DNA from: Schmidtea polychroa
Taxonomy: Eukaryota
Reading direction: 5' to 3'
Assembly: GCA_044892525.1 (NCBI GenBank)
Contig: CM097888.1
Span: forward strand, 5,022,001 to 5,086,000
DNA: 64,000 nt
Shown here piece by piece: positions 26,679 through 41,400 of the stretch. How positions within the stretch are numbered: position 1 is the stretch's first letter; the number at the start of each line of letters is the position of its first letter. Made by a program: the position numbers and the translations under genes. Below the pieces are notes generated by a model. The model worked only from the letters and a program-made list of their open reading frames with translations, had not been told where the DNA came from and made no database searches.

Positions 26679-28535
26679 CAGGGTCGCCGAGAGGGAACAC
26701 CGGGCCCAGGAAAAAACAAAAAAAATTTTTTGAGTCTAAAAAAGTAAATAACAAAATATAAATTATAGTATTTATTTCATTTAACTTAATTTTGTATTAT
26801 AAATCAGTGTAAGAAAGCTTTTCGCACTTTTTATTTGCAGTATTTTATGATATTTTCGAAATCTAGTTCCCGCACTAAAGCCGCTTCGACAGCTGAGTAA
26901 CCAAGCTATTTAACCGATTTTGGCGCATAATTTATCTTAATAAGTTTTTTAATCTCGCCAATGTGCCGAATAATCGTTCCACTTGACCCACAGTAACTGG
27001 TATTGTGCAAAATATTCTCTATGCAATGCAAATATTTGAAAATACAGCATCTATTCTCAGTTCTTTCATTTTTTTTAATAAATTTATAGGAAGCAACTGA
27101 ATTTCACCAAATGTGGCTTGGTAAATGGTTTTCAAATATCAGAAGCATACTTATTACATAAATAAATGCTACTTTATATTAATGAGTCAACATCAATTTT
27201 TGAATAATTCTACAAAAACCCTTAATGAACCACATATTTCGTTCAGAGCTCGATATCGCAAAGTTAAGATTCCGATAATAAAATCTAAAATTTTGAAAAA
27301 CACCTGCGTTTTTAAGTAATCTTCACCCGTTATTTCTTTATCATAGGACATCATTAATTTCATCTGTAAATCTTTTCCTAAATTTAACACTTTTACCATA
27401 CTGTTAAGATCGAAAAGTGGGGGTTACTGATCTCAACACTATGACTCCAATAAATAAAGATAGGTATAAATATAATATATTTAATGTGGTTGCGCGTATT
27501 TAAATTAAATAGAATTACGAATTAAAAACCAACTCCCTTCTCTTTACAAAACTTTTATTAATAATTTACAAATAATAATTTACAACTAAGTAAAGATAAA
27601 AATATAAGACAATGGATTTGTTAATCCCTGCTGTTTATCTCAGCCTGCAAGAGATCGATGGCTCCTGTGTAGCAAAACGATCGCAAAGTCGTTGAAAGAG
27701 TTGGATAAGGAAGTGGGAATTATTTTGGGGCACCCAGAGAATACTAAAGTAAGTTGACACTACTTTGTATTCGCATATTTTAACTACTCAAGGATAATAA
27801 TTTATCCCTCAAATAAATATTTTACTTCGAACAATTGTCTCTTCAATCGTAGTTTCAATTTTCTCCTTCCTCTTGTGAAATTTCTCGCTAAACAATTTAT
27901 ATGAATTGTACAAATCAAAATCTCCGATTAGATCTCTTTGGTTAATTACAATCAAGCTAATCAAATTGTTTTCCTCTCGAAAATTGAATCAATTCACTCG
28001 GTTTCTTCACGTTCTTCAAAAAATGCACTATTTTTAATTTTAGTTCTTTGTCTGAAATTTGCGTCCTGACTTGTTCGTCAAATTATTTTCTTCCCTCTGG
28101 TTCTCGTTTTGAATCAGTATTTATAATAAATAATTACTATTTATTATAATTACTATTTATGTATCAGTATGATCAAATATTACTATATATAACTTATTTC
28201 TATTTATAGTATTTGATTAAACCTATATTTTATATTAAGTAATTATTTATTATTTTTATTTACACTATTTCCAAATATAGTAATTTTTCATTGTTTTGCA
28301 ATCAAGGCTCCAGGCCTATCCCTAACAATACGAATTAGTGTTAAATCGATTTTCAAAATTTTTTGCAACCATTTTAGATTCAGTCAAAATATCACTCCAT
28401 TTTTCTCTAATATTTTTAATATCAAACTTTTGATATTACTTTCTTCAATCATGGGCTAGGGCCCCATGAAAATGTCTCGGGAGTCCGGCCCTGGGAATTC
28501 TACCCCTTCTCATCCTTTTCCTCTCGACGGTACTG
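26679..28535 (-). mobile_element. Internally deleted hAT element with 8-bp TSD, carrying a transposase C-terminal remnant
   Basis: Ends CAGGGTCGCCGAGAG / CTCTCGACGGTACTG; TSD AATACAGA/AATACAGG (7/8). Minus strand about 26830-27100 reads IFCTIPVTVGQVERLFGTLARLKNLLR. Confidence 0.75.
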
Positions 28536-28589
28536 AATACAGGAAACAAATTCAATGCTATTTTTACATTTTAATTAATATTAAATATG

Positions 28590-28826
28590 CCGTATTAGTC
28601 CGAATATAACGCGACCCCAAAATTAACGCAACAACAAAATTTTCATAAAGGTTTTTAGAAAAAAAATACGCATAAAAAAATTAAAATGAAGAGAAATTAA
28701 ATCAGATAAGCGTTTGGTTAGGTAATCAAAAGTAATACATAGGTTATATTCATGACAACAAATTTAATTAATTTAAACCAAAAAATAAAATGTTAAAAAA
28801 TGTCGCGTAATATTCGGTCTAATAAG
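28590..28826. mobile_element. ~237-bp Tc2/pogo-type MITE just upstream of the Mx-like gene
   Basis: Imperfect ~26-bp TIRs CCGTATTAGTCCGAATATAACGCGAC vs reverse complement of GTCGCGTAATATTCGGTCTAATAAG; TA follows the right end. Confidence 0.65.
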
Positions 28827-29170
28827 TAATATTATATAGTTTAGTATTATAAAGTAATATTATTAAGTAAAGTACTTCAAAAAATGTTAGTTTTTATTTT
28901 TTATTAATAAATATTTTTCGTTTTAATTTTTAATAAAAAATATGATTTCGTTGCAAACGTTTGAAATCTTATTAAGAAAAATATCCTTGAAAATCGGTTT
29001 GTTTAAACCATTCAAAAATGAATACTTTTTAATTATTAGATCTTGATAATTTTTAGTGGATTTAAATTTTCCGGTAATCAATTGAAATATTTAGTTTAAA
29101 TAAATTTTGTTTATTTTTATATTTATATTATACTTATATAATTAGTTATTTAATAATTTTTTTTCAGAAA

Positions 29171-29477
29171 ATGGATTCTTTGATCAAGAAATGGCTTGAT
29201 AAGATCGAATTAATCGATGAAATAAGATCAAAGTTCTCAGCAGCGGAAAATGAAATGTTGAAGCTTCCGCAAATAATTGTCGTAGGAGACCAGAGCTCGG
29301 GCAAGAGCTCAATCTTGCAAGCCATTTCAGGAGTTAGTCTACCTAGAGGAGTAAATACTGTCACCAAATGCCCAGTAGTTATGCAAATGCGCAAATCACC
29401 GGAAGCAAGAATTCAAATCCGATACAAATCAGAGCCATTTAAAGATATTTCTGACACCTTAAGCGAAATTTTAAAGA
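29171..29477 (+). CDS. Mx: Mx-like exon 1 (G1 P-loop, LPRG)
   Basis: LPQIIVVGDQSSGKSSILQAISGVSLPRG..VTKCP; phase-1 donor GTTCGT at 29478. Confidence 0.9.
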
Positions 29478-32400
29478 GTTCGTTTAAATGGTGAATTTCA
29501 ATTAAAAATTATATTATTACGCAATAAATTATTTTTATATATAAATTATATAATTAATATAATTAATAATTTTATTTTTGATAACATTTTGATAATATTC
29601 CTAAACTTTGATTTGCATTGGTTCTCGTTGAACATGTTTTCGCTTGATTTGATTGGTTGAGATTTCCCCTTTCCTCAAACCCTTTTGATATAAATATTTC
29701 ATGATATTGATTTGCATTTTTCTGCTGCCAGCACTTTATATTGATTTTATTTTCGGTAATTCATTAATTGAAGGTCGATAATATTTCTAAAATCAGAACT
29801 ACATATCACGCATCTGTTGGGGTTGTTAAATTTAAAATGATGTCATTAAAAATGGAATATTGGAAAATTCAAGATTATCGAATTATCGAATTATTGGCAA
29901 ATTAACGAATTAAAATTTAAAAAACATGTCTGATGTAATTGGGATGATCATGGTTAGAGCGGATTTATCAGAATATATGGTCAGAAAGGTACGAAATGCA
30001 GGAGAACGTACAAAACAGAAAATCATTAATTAATTAATTAAGGAAAAACTGAGTTATTGTTGGCCGTCTGTTTATGATGAGAGTTGCTTCTTTAAATCTC
30101 ACATTTTTTTTGGATGTCTCCACTGGCTAAGATTTAGATTGAAATATTTTTTCTTTTCTTCCTTGGTTGACATTGTTAAAGATGTCTGTATAGCGAGTAT
30201 TTTCCACCAGGATCTAGATGTTCTTTGGTGCAAGGCCCTGAACGTACTTCCAATGTATATTTCTTTACATACATTGCGAGTGATGCAACAAACAATGTTT
30301 TTTTGAAAGCACATATCTTTCGGTGTTTGGCAGTTTTCCATTGTGCAATTATTTTCTTTTTTGTGTTGTTTGCCAGAGCTTTTCTCAATGTCCAAGATTT
30401 ATGTGCTATATGGAATGTAAGGCCAGCGGGTTTCAGTTCTTTCAGGATCTTGAAGTCGAGTATGTCACTGATGAATTGTTTCTTCTTTTTTTGTGGTTTT
30501 TCCCTAGATCTTTTTTGGGTAGAATTCATTCTTTCAATGTCCTTACCTTGATATCCGTTTCTGTGTAGGATTTTTTTAAGTTTAATTGTTGTTTATAGTT
30601 TTCGTTTTTTCAGTACATCGATTGGCTATTCTTTGTTTCTCGTTTTTTATGACGTGTACTTTATATAAGTATTTCTTTGCTAGCTGGTTTTCTGTAGAAC
30701 CCTCCGTATGTTGGAGTATCTGTTTCTATTTTAATTTCTAAATCCAGTAGATTGAGGGATAAAAATTCATTTTTCATTTTATTAGTTTTCACGTATTTTT
30801 AAATTAAAACAATTTCTTAAAATATTTAACTGATTTTTTTATTCAAAAGTGCTGGAATGAGAAGCGATATTACAATAATTTATAATACCACAAACTTCGA
30901 TAGACGACTTAAATGTGAGTTAACCACCTATGTATACTCGCCGTCCTTGTATTATCTTAATAATCCTATTAAGAGATAGGAACAGGTTATAAAGATTATA
31001 CGACAAAAATAAACTTGATCTAATTTTAATATTTATCGACTGAGTAAGGTGAATTGGAAGTTGAGAATTAAGTGAAATTATTAAATTATATTATTATATT
31101 CCTAAGGTAAGTGCTTTCCCTTTTACATACACTTTAGATAAAAATTAATTAATAATGATATCTTTTTATTAAAAAGAGCTTGAAGACTATAATCAGTAAA
31201 TATATCAAAAACATCGATATATTACTGATTTATAGTCTTCAAGCTCTTTTTAATAAATACAATGGGAAAAAAATCAGTGGTGAAATTGGAAAAAAAGTTC
31301 TTATAAATATATTTTTTACAATATTATAACTAATGTAATATTTTTCAACTGCCCATTTAAAAAATGTAGAAGTTTTATTTAATCTAGTAATTCGATGTCT
31401 CATATAAATTAATTCTCAAATCAAACATTTCACCTAAAGCTAGGAAAATGAATTAGGGTTAGTTTTTGTTCTTAAAGGTTTTTTAATTTTATTTAATTCA
31501 ATTTTGTGTTTTTGTTTTGTATATAGGTAAATAAATTGAATTTTTTAGTTTTGACTATTCTCGGCGATAGCTCCCGTTTGCTATTCTGTAAATTTTCTTA
31601 CGAAGAAGGGCGCATTATTTTTAGTAGCCCACGAGGGCCGAATTTCTTAAAATGGCCCTGAAAATAATAAATTATTTCTTTCGAAGGAGAAAAGATAAAA
31701 ATGACCGTGAGGCAAAGCTTGTCAAAAGAAGACAGTCTAGTTGAAATGCCATTAATCAAGTCGAATATTTCAACTATATACTACAACTCAAATTCAGAAA
31801 CAATCGGAATTTTGTCTCAGTTAGGGACGAAGAAATCGACATTAGGACAAAAAGTAAAAAGTAAAAATAGAAGATAGAACTAGGTGAAAGGGAAATAAAG
31901 GAATCAAGGGGTCATTATTGTTGCAGAACGCGCAGAACCAGAGCGGTTACAACAAAACTTAGGCATTTTATTATGATATTCTGAGTTTTTTAAATTGTAG
32001 TTTATACGAATTCGATTACAAATATACGCTGAGTGTTGTTGTAAGTGAGCTAATTGTTTTTACAGAACACATGGAATCAGAAACACTGACATTAATATTT
32101 ATTTAATTACAAAAACTCAACACATCTTTGAAAATATCCTAACAATGATTTTGGTTTGTCGTAGTACTTTGATGACTACTATATGACTATAATCTCTTTT
32201 ATTTCTTTAGTACAACGCGATGTATTCAAAAATAAAATAACGAAGGAGCCCATCACAATCAGCATCCAGTCCCCTGGATCTGTGACTTTGACAATCATTG
32301 ACTTGCCTGGTTTGGTCAAGGCAGATGTTCATGGACAAGCAAGTGACATGATTGAGAAAACCCATGAAATAGCAAGGGACTACATGAAGCAGGAGAATTC

Positions 32401-35400
32401 TTTAATAATTTGCGTACTGCCTGCAAATCAAGACATTTGTACAACTACGACGATAAAGGAGGCAATTGCATGCAATCCAGATAAATCAAGAATTATTGGT
32501 AATATTAATTATATTTTCAATTATAATATTAGACAATTAAATGATATAGATCATGGGTATTCAACTAAATATTATGAAGGGCCAAATTTTTCTTATAACG
32601 GCAATCGAGGGCCGTATCAATTAAAAAGTAGTTAGTTTTGTAGCGGATTACAAAGTAACAAAAATAAACTGGTTTTAGTGTGCGTTTTTATGCAGATATC
32701 ACCAAATATTTTTATATATGTGTAATATTCCAAGATATTGAAAGGGCCTTTTTCAAATTTCGGCGGGCCTGATCTGGCCCGCGGGCCGCCAGTTGAATAT
32801 CCCTGATATAGGGGTTTTCGATCGATTTAATAAATGTTGCATTCAATTTAATAATTGTTGAAATTAATTTAATATCAATTCAATTAATATCAGGGGTGCT
32901 TACGAAGCTGGACAAACTTGACGACAAGGAAATTACGACAATTCCAGAAATCATTGGAAACAGAAAAGTACCAATAGAAAAGGGATATTACGGTTTAGTT
33001 GTCAGTGATGATATTCTTCAACAAATTGATAATAATAAGCGGAATGAGATAGAAAAAACAATTCTAGTAAATAAAAAATTATGGAATACCGAGTAAGAAT
33101 TATATAACCTTAGTATTTGGTATTATAAAATTGAAACGAATAGGGTTGAAATTGACTGAAATCATAACCCTTATATATTAAAAATTTATTTTGTTTGAAT
33201 ATTTAAATGTTTGTCGATAGAACAGAGTGAATGGAACGCTTCACATTGGCTGAATAAAAGCATGACTTATTCGATGCGTCATGAGTCGGTATTAGTCGTG
33301 GATGTATGAGTCGTTGTAGAGATTTAGCACATACAGTGAGTCATTGGAAACTTTTTTCTGCGCACACTTAGAAATTTTCTCGCTAAATATCATCAGACTT
33401 TACTAAATAATATATCCAAATATCCATATACACAAGAAACCACTATATAATATAAGAAATAAATCAATAATCTTACATTATAGAAACACACATACTTACT
33501 TTGATTTCACGCTGATGTTCTCAGTGATAGTGAAAATAGGTATGCCTTACACTATCGACATCTAAAAAGTGGTAGAAAAATAAATACTGCCAATAAACAC
33601 AACACATACTAAAGAACACATGCAAACTTTCGATTTATAGAAATGCGCCACTTAGATACGTTTCTATAATAACTTAATTTTAGACAATTTTGAGAATGAA
33701 TGTTTTTGAATATATCTTTTAAGAAACAACGTTAAATTGTAATGAAAATGACGAAATATCATCGTAAGAATTATTTTTGAGTTAAAATTTAATTAAATAT
33801 TCATTAGAATTTCTGATATTTGTTTTAGAATTATTTTAGAAAAATACATTTTTGGTGATTGATTTAATTATTTAATTATAATTAATAATTGATCTGACTT
33901 ACATATCGAAATAATTAATAATTCCAAAATAATTTATAATACAAATGTTGACTAAAAGTAATATTTAAAAACTTGAATAATGATCTCATATCTATATGGA
34001 TCCAAATTCAAGTCTTAAAAATTAAAATTAAACATCTTACCTGAAAGCCATTCCAAAAATGGCTAAAATAAATATCTAGAAAAATGAAATTTATTAAATT
34101 TGTGAGTCAATTTAATGAGATCAATTGACAGAGTAGTTGGGAGACAACACCGGGCCCAGGGAAAAACTTCAAAAAAATTATTTATGTTATTAATTTATTT
34201 ATGAAAATCACACGTACCTTTTTGTCATGTTTAGCAATAAAATTTTTATTAAATTATATTTCAATACTTTCAATAATATAATACACACCGAACTAATATA
34301 AACACAAATCAAAAAAGCTTAATTTATACTAATTTTTTCTGGTTTGAAATTAAATGCCGTTCGAAATGTTTTTTTTTATTCGTCATACATTCAAAATTGC
34401 ATATTAAGAAAACTTTAAATTTTTTGTATACTTACATTTTTTTCTTGTTTTGTTTTCAACAAAAGTAAGTGTTACTTTTGTATTGGCATTTTAGAAATGT
34501 GTCCCTTTCAAACACAAAAAATGACTCAGAAAAATGAAATAAAAATTTGGATCGAATTTTGCAATTAGTTCTAAAAGACCACAGAAATTGCCGTTATTTG
34601 GATTTCCAAATTTTTCATTTTCTCCTCTAAAAGGTAAGCCTCGCTCTGCAAGAGTGCATATTACAGCGAAAACTCTCTCTACAACGTAACGCCAGTACTG
34701 CTGCTCTTTTCTTATTTTTTCCTCTAGCTTTGAAGTTAAAGTTTTCCCTTTCGATCTTGTTAAGTATGTTAACAAAGAATTCGTATGATTTTCCGAATTT
34801 TCATGCTTTTGAATGATACTAGGGTTTTTACAATCATTAAATCCTTCAGAACCTAATGCTGTTAAAGATGCAATCTTGGGAAAGAGTTTACAAACAAAGC
34901 AAAACACTCGGCCTTTTGAAGGAGAATACACAAGCCATTCTCGGGTATATTTTTCTCCATTGGCTTTTGTTGAATAAAAAATAGATTTTTTACAAAACCT
35001 GGACTGATTCGTATAAACTCGATTAGAATTTAAAAATGGTCCACAATGATGCTGAACTTGAGAGGGGCCTTTCTCTATCCAATATGATACGTCATTTTGT
35101 GATAAATCCGACCACAAGCCAATGTTTGTTACAGTAGATAAATTTCCTTGTGTGTCGTTTTTATCTTCGTGTTCAGTAAGTGGCTCTTGAATTAGTTCCG
35201 TATTTTCATTTTGAGTTTGTGCAATGGCTGTTTCCTCACATACAGCTGGGTGTACCGCTTCAGTGAGATTTCCTTCCAGTTGATGTTGAGTAGTACTAGT
35301 TGATGCATGCATGTAAGCAGTGATTGGTGTGATGTTCTTTACCTCACGCTCTTGAAGTCGCTTTCTCTTGCGCTTGCAAGCGCCACATTCAAATTTTTTG

Positions 35401-38400
35401 CTCATGCTAAATTAGTATCTAAAATTAAATAAGAAAATATATACTAAGCCACATAATATACATTTTAAAATATACAAACTAAGAAATAAACAAATAAATC
35501 ATTAATAATTACTATAATAAGAAATAAAGTAAAAATAGTAAATAAATAATTACTATAAAAAGAATTAGTATCTTTAAATTAATATAAATAGAGATATATA
35601 GTTGAACAAAAGGACAAAAAATAGATAGACAAAAAATAATTAGCGCAAAAAAACCAACACTCTAAGTGAGTTAAAGCGTTCGAATGCTCAATAGTCAATA
35701 GTGTATAATTTTTAACATAACATTTAATTATTAATTTCAAACATCTCAAAAGTAGCCCCCCCCTAGATTTGTAGGCCCTAGACCTAAGCCTACTTAGCCT
35801 AATGGTTAATCTTGCACTAGTTATGATTCCCATTATGTACTTATATGTGAATTTCCATATTTACAAAATATCTGCGGGGAATGTCACGTTGGTTCGTGAG
35901 AGACTCCTATGTAAATCCAGAGTTACAGCCATCCACCCTAATCCTCTTCTTTTTTCTATATTCCTTCCTTCTCCTAACCATCCTCCCTTTCAATAATTGT
36001 TATTTTAATTTATTTTAATTAGAATGTCAAAATAAGGGCAGATAAATAGAAATGGCAAACGACGCGACGGATGGGCTAGAGCTCCGTGAAAATGTCTCGG
36101 GAGTGCGGGCCCTTTATTACCCCGGGCCCAGAGAATTCTACCCACCTCTTTCAAAGGTACTGCCAATTGATGTACCCATTAGCCACTACTATAGAAAATG
36201 TATCTCAGTGGTGTTTGGTGTATTTCTTACTTAGATGAATTAACTTGTTAATTAGTTTTGTTAAATGTTTTCTCAAACAACAATATGATTCTAACAAAAT
36301 ATATTTTGGGGAGTTTATATCTCAACTATGGCNNNNNNNNNNNNNNNNNNNNNNNNNNNNNNNNNNNNNNNNNNNNNNNNNNNNNNNNNNNNNNNNNNNN
36401 NNNNNNNNNNNNNNNNNNNNNNNNNNNNNNNNNNNNNNNNNNNNNNNNNNNNNNNNNNNNNNNNNNNNNNNNNNNNNNNNNNNNNNNNNNNNNNNNNNNN
36501 NNNNNNNNNNNNNNNNNNNNNNNNNNNNNNNNNNNNNNNNNNNNNNNNNNNNNNNNNNNNNNNNNNNNNNNNNNNNNNNNNNNNNNNNNNNNNNNNNNNN
36601 NNNNNNNNNNNNNNNNNNNNNNNNNNNNNNNNNNNNNNNNAGTTTATAAGATTTATTAATAAAATTTCCTCAATAAAACTATTTGGCAATTCTTCTTGGA
36701 AGGGATTCTCTGATACAATTGTTGTGTTTTGTGTTAATGGCAGTCTATGCTTGTTTTATAATGTATATAAAAAGATAACAATGTGATAATTGACTAAAAT
36801 TCTTGCTGCCTTCACCAAAACCGCTCACAGGGGCGTATGACGTGCACAACACGCGCATAAAAAATCCCACATATAATTTAAAATTATTATTATGAATTTC
36901 ACCATTATCTCTATAAAAAGTATCCGTACCTGTGACTGAGAATCCCTTTCATGCATACGTGCCTGAAGGGTTAACCCTGATGAAACCAAAGCAAATTTTT
37001 GAAGACTTTGATTTTATGCGCAAATTTTATGATATTTAATATAAACATACAAAATCAGATAAACAAATATTGTTCCTTGAAAGAGTTTACAACCCTGATC
37101 ATCTCCTCAGCCAGACTGTGCATATAAATATTGTTTCATTTGAATCGTGTGTCATATTCGAATGTATGTATCATGTTGTGCATGTCTGATTGGTTAATGT
37201 CTGTCTCGTATGTGTGCACTTATTAATTATCATGTTGTGTATGTCTGATTGGTTAATGTCTGTCTCGTATGTGTGCACTTATTAATTATCATGAATAACT
37301 AAGCAACCAATATTCAATATAGTCATATGGAGGAGTAAGAATAGCAAATGTATAGCAAATGTATAGCAAATGATAAGCTTTTAGAAAAAATGACGAAACC
37401 ACTCGTGTCAAACATTTAGTCGCTGGGTTAGCCAAATTATTAAAAATCAATGAATTCGAACAATGAAGCAAATAACGTCATTACTAATAATTAAAAACAA
37501 ATTCAAAAAAGAAATAGCTAAAACAAATTGAGAAATACAATGTATAATTTCAACAGCTTGTCCGAGTTAACAGATAAATCTCCTAAGGAAAGCGTAGGGT
37601 TGTTTAGGAACCAATAGTGAAAAAGTGGAAACAAAATCAAATTATCTTTAAATGTCATTGAATAACAGAATATAAAAGCGAAACACAAAGTTAATTAAGG
37701 ACTTGAGAAAAGATAGAAGAAAAACTAAACGAAAAGATGAAAACGAAATATTATATAAAAGTATTCTCAAGTCAGAGAAACCATTTCGAATCATATAATA
37801 GTTAAAGCTATTTATTGCGACTATATCGGCGCTCTTGATTGTCGAAGCTAGAATTAGTAACCATTTGGTCATAAATTTAAAGTCGTAAATAATACGCTTT
37901 TTTATCGAAGAGTTTTAATAAGCACTCAATAACCGCGTTGACATATCGAATAATTTTATGTCATAAATTTGTTATTGTGTTTATCAAAGTTTATCTTAAT
38001 TTTTATTGTTGTCAACCAAAGCATATTATTGCGCCAGATCAACAATTGTAAATTTCAAATGTCACAGGTAACCCCAACACGATCATAAAATTCTTGATCA
38101 AATGTAGAGAAGTTGGAGGAAGAATAAATTGTACGATTCAGCATTTTAAATGCATTTGATTGTGTAGTAATAGGATTGGACATAACTCGCATGAACCGCT
38201 TGTTCCAATCAGGGACGTAACAAGGGTGATGGGAACGGTGCAATCGCACAGGGCGCATATCTGAAAGGGACGCAAAATTGGGATGTAACATTTTTTTAAT
38301 GTTATTAAAAATAAAAAAATAATAAAAAAATGGCATGCACTAAAAAACGAAACCCTAGCTAGCCTATCTTTGACACTACTGATTGGACTGGTCCATTAGT

Positions 38401-41400
38401 GTGTCTTCGTAGGTGTGTATTTTGTAAAATGTTAGTCCACAAAATGGGTTAGCAACATAATGTTAAGAGCATAACTATCTATTATAATAGCTGGAGATGA
38501 ATACATAGTTAACAATCTTAACATGAACATCATTGTTAGGAGGTTTCTATTATATTTGTGCGTAATATATTTGTCTTATATTATATGTATTATGCTTGTA
38601 CTTATATTCGTGAATTCTGTAAGAAATATGGTAGTACCCAGCCGAGTCTCCAGTAAATAAACTGTCTCGGGACAGCTGGGGTGAATGTATGTAGGAATGT
38701 ATAAAAATACAATAATAAATTAACTATAACGGATACAAACAATAACAACTTTTATTAGTAAAATAAATAAAATAATACGCACTTATATGGACTTCGTTTC
38801 GAATATAATTCTATTCTCAGGATAGTTAGTATTCCTTTAGTCTCGAGTATAATTTAGTTCTCAGGGTATTTTAGTTTATTTTAGATCTGAATATAGATTG
38901 ATCCGAAGGATATTTTGGTTTCGGATATAAATTAATCCGAAGGGTATTTTTGTTTTCTTTAATTTCGGATATAGGCAAATTCGAAGAATATTTTGTTTTC
39001 GGATATCTTTTGCTTTCTTTTATTTCTGCTATTTATTAGGATCTTCGTCTTTTATTCTTTTTTAGTCTTGTTGATTTTAAAGCTGTTTCTATCGTTATTT
39101 TTTTGGTTTATTTCAGTTGTATCTTTTCATGGAGTTATTGATTTTTTTTGTCGATATTTGTTTAGCGATAATTATTAGTAAATTATCGCTATATAGTATT
39201 TTTTATTGGTTTGACATTGCGGCCTACCCTCGATAAAAAAACAAGGCTTCGCAAAACCTTGTTTAAAAATAAATAAAATATATAACAATTATAATTATTA
39301 TATTAGGCTGTTTTGAATTCGCGTGTTGGAGGCGCCAGATATATGATCCGCACATGGCACAATAATGCCTTGTTACGAGCCTGGTTCAAATATTGGAATA
39401 TTTGGCTTGGTACAGTATCACGTCTTCCTACTATTTACTATCAATAAATCTTTATTTTACTGGAAGTTTGTTAATTTGATACATTAGTACACAAATTGAG
39501 ACAAAAGAATTAAGAAAAGTCTCAGCTCGATAATTTTAAGACAATATGAACTTGATCGTAAAACATAAATAAAATTTATTTAATTTTTTATAGTGATGCC
39601 ATGCGTTTCGGTCTTTCAAACTTTACTGAAGCCCTAGTTAAAGAATTGGTCAGTTTGATAAATGTAAGGATTTATTTGAAATTGTTTCCTCTTTTGAATT
39701 GAAATTTAAATAAATTATATCTTTTTTAATCACAAACGCTTAATTTGTCATATTGTGCGTGCACACAAACACAAAGTTAAAAATGAATTGTTTTCATTGG
39801 TTATTGCTTCTTATTTATTTTGTTTATCATAGGTTAATTGTTAGAACCTGGTTCCACGGAATAAAATCATCTGTAAAATTAAAATAAATCAATAAGTTTA
39901 TATTATAGAAACATACAAACATATTGTGTGCATATTTTCAATGAAGCACCCAGGCTTGGATTTACCCTTATGTTCACAAGGCTGAAGCCTAGGGCTTGAC
40001 TGGAGGGGCCTCCAAATTTTCTTTTATTATTATAAAAATGTATTACATCTTTTAATTATTTGCAGATTATTATATATTTATGTAATATAAATAGAGAAGT
40101 ATTTAATTATATTACATATTATATTTAATATAATACCTTTCTAAAGCAAAAATTTCACGAAAAAAAATTATAAGAGACCCCATAAGATTTTAGCCTTAAG
40201 TCCTCTCAAGAGTAAATCCGGCTCTGAATACAACCATATGCACGAAATAGGAACTCCTATAATCACTACGTAACTAGTATTTCAACTTGAGGGAGGGCAA
40301 AATTATTAATTATTGCAATTCATCGAGCAATGTTAAAAGTTGACACGGAAAAATAGAAAAAAATTATTTTAAGATAATTATTAACAAATTTATTATTAAT
40401 TATTAACAATTTATATTACATAGAATATATTACAATATAATATTAATTCGTCTTTGTCTCTTCATTAATTCAGAAAGTATTTTATCTGGACTTATTTTAA
40501 TGCCTTGATGAATATATAATAAAGCCAAACCGTTTAACCTTTTTCATCCGTGGTATTTCTTAAATATGAGTTCAGGTATTTGAGTGATGAAAAAGAACGA
40601 TCTGGTGTGCAAGTTGATGCCTGCAAAGTAGAAAATATTGTGAGAAGAATATAAATATTTTTTTAAAGAATTGGATCACATATTCATAATCTTTAAAATT
40701 GAGTTTAAATTAATTGTTTAATGTAAGTAAATTAAGGTTCAGATTTTTGAATTAAAGTAATCAATGGTCTAAAAATTGAATCAAAGTTAATCAAGGTTCA
40801 AAATTAAAAATTAAAGTAAATTATGGTCTAAAATTTTGAATTATATAGTAAATTAAGGTTCTAAAAAATTAAATTAAAGTTAATTAAGGTTCAAATTTAA
40901 AAATTAAGTAATCAATGGTCAAAGATTTTAAATAAAAGTTAAATAAGTAAATTAAAGTAAGATTTTAAAATTTATTAACAAAAAGTTTGAATAACCAACA
41001 GCTTCTGAGAAATAAAATTTTTTAAGATAAATTTTAATGGAAATTTTAATTTTAATTGTTCCCGTACTCTCCTAACTACTTACTTACGGCATACGTAACA
41101 GTTATTATTATTATTATTGATATTATTAATATTATTATTTGATTAATCACCATATTAAACATTATGAGTAAATAAAGTGGGAAAAAATAGATTTTTAAAT
41201 AAAAATTTCAAATAAACTTGTGTTACTTTATTATTACTTTAATTAACTATATGTTTTATCTCTATTTTTACCTTTTGCTTTTAGTTAGCATTAATAATAA
41301 ATTTATTTCTGGCACATTCTTCTACGTAACTTATTAAATAATAAAAAGTTATATATTAAAATCTGTATATTTCTAATTTGATATTTTTAAATAAATTTTA

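Noticed and set aside
32499-32635. C-terminal extension of ORF 32183-32635
   Set aside because: It is read-through into intron 2 and a hAT MITE; the GTPase continues at 32894.
36975-37015. Hammerhead starting at CTGATGA (36977)
   Set aside because: No GAAA follows the putative stem II.
38055-38336. 93-aa minus-strand ORF as a nested gene
   Set aside because: It straddles the left end of the 38210 hAT insertion, so it is chimeric; no motif.
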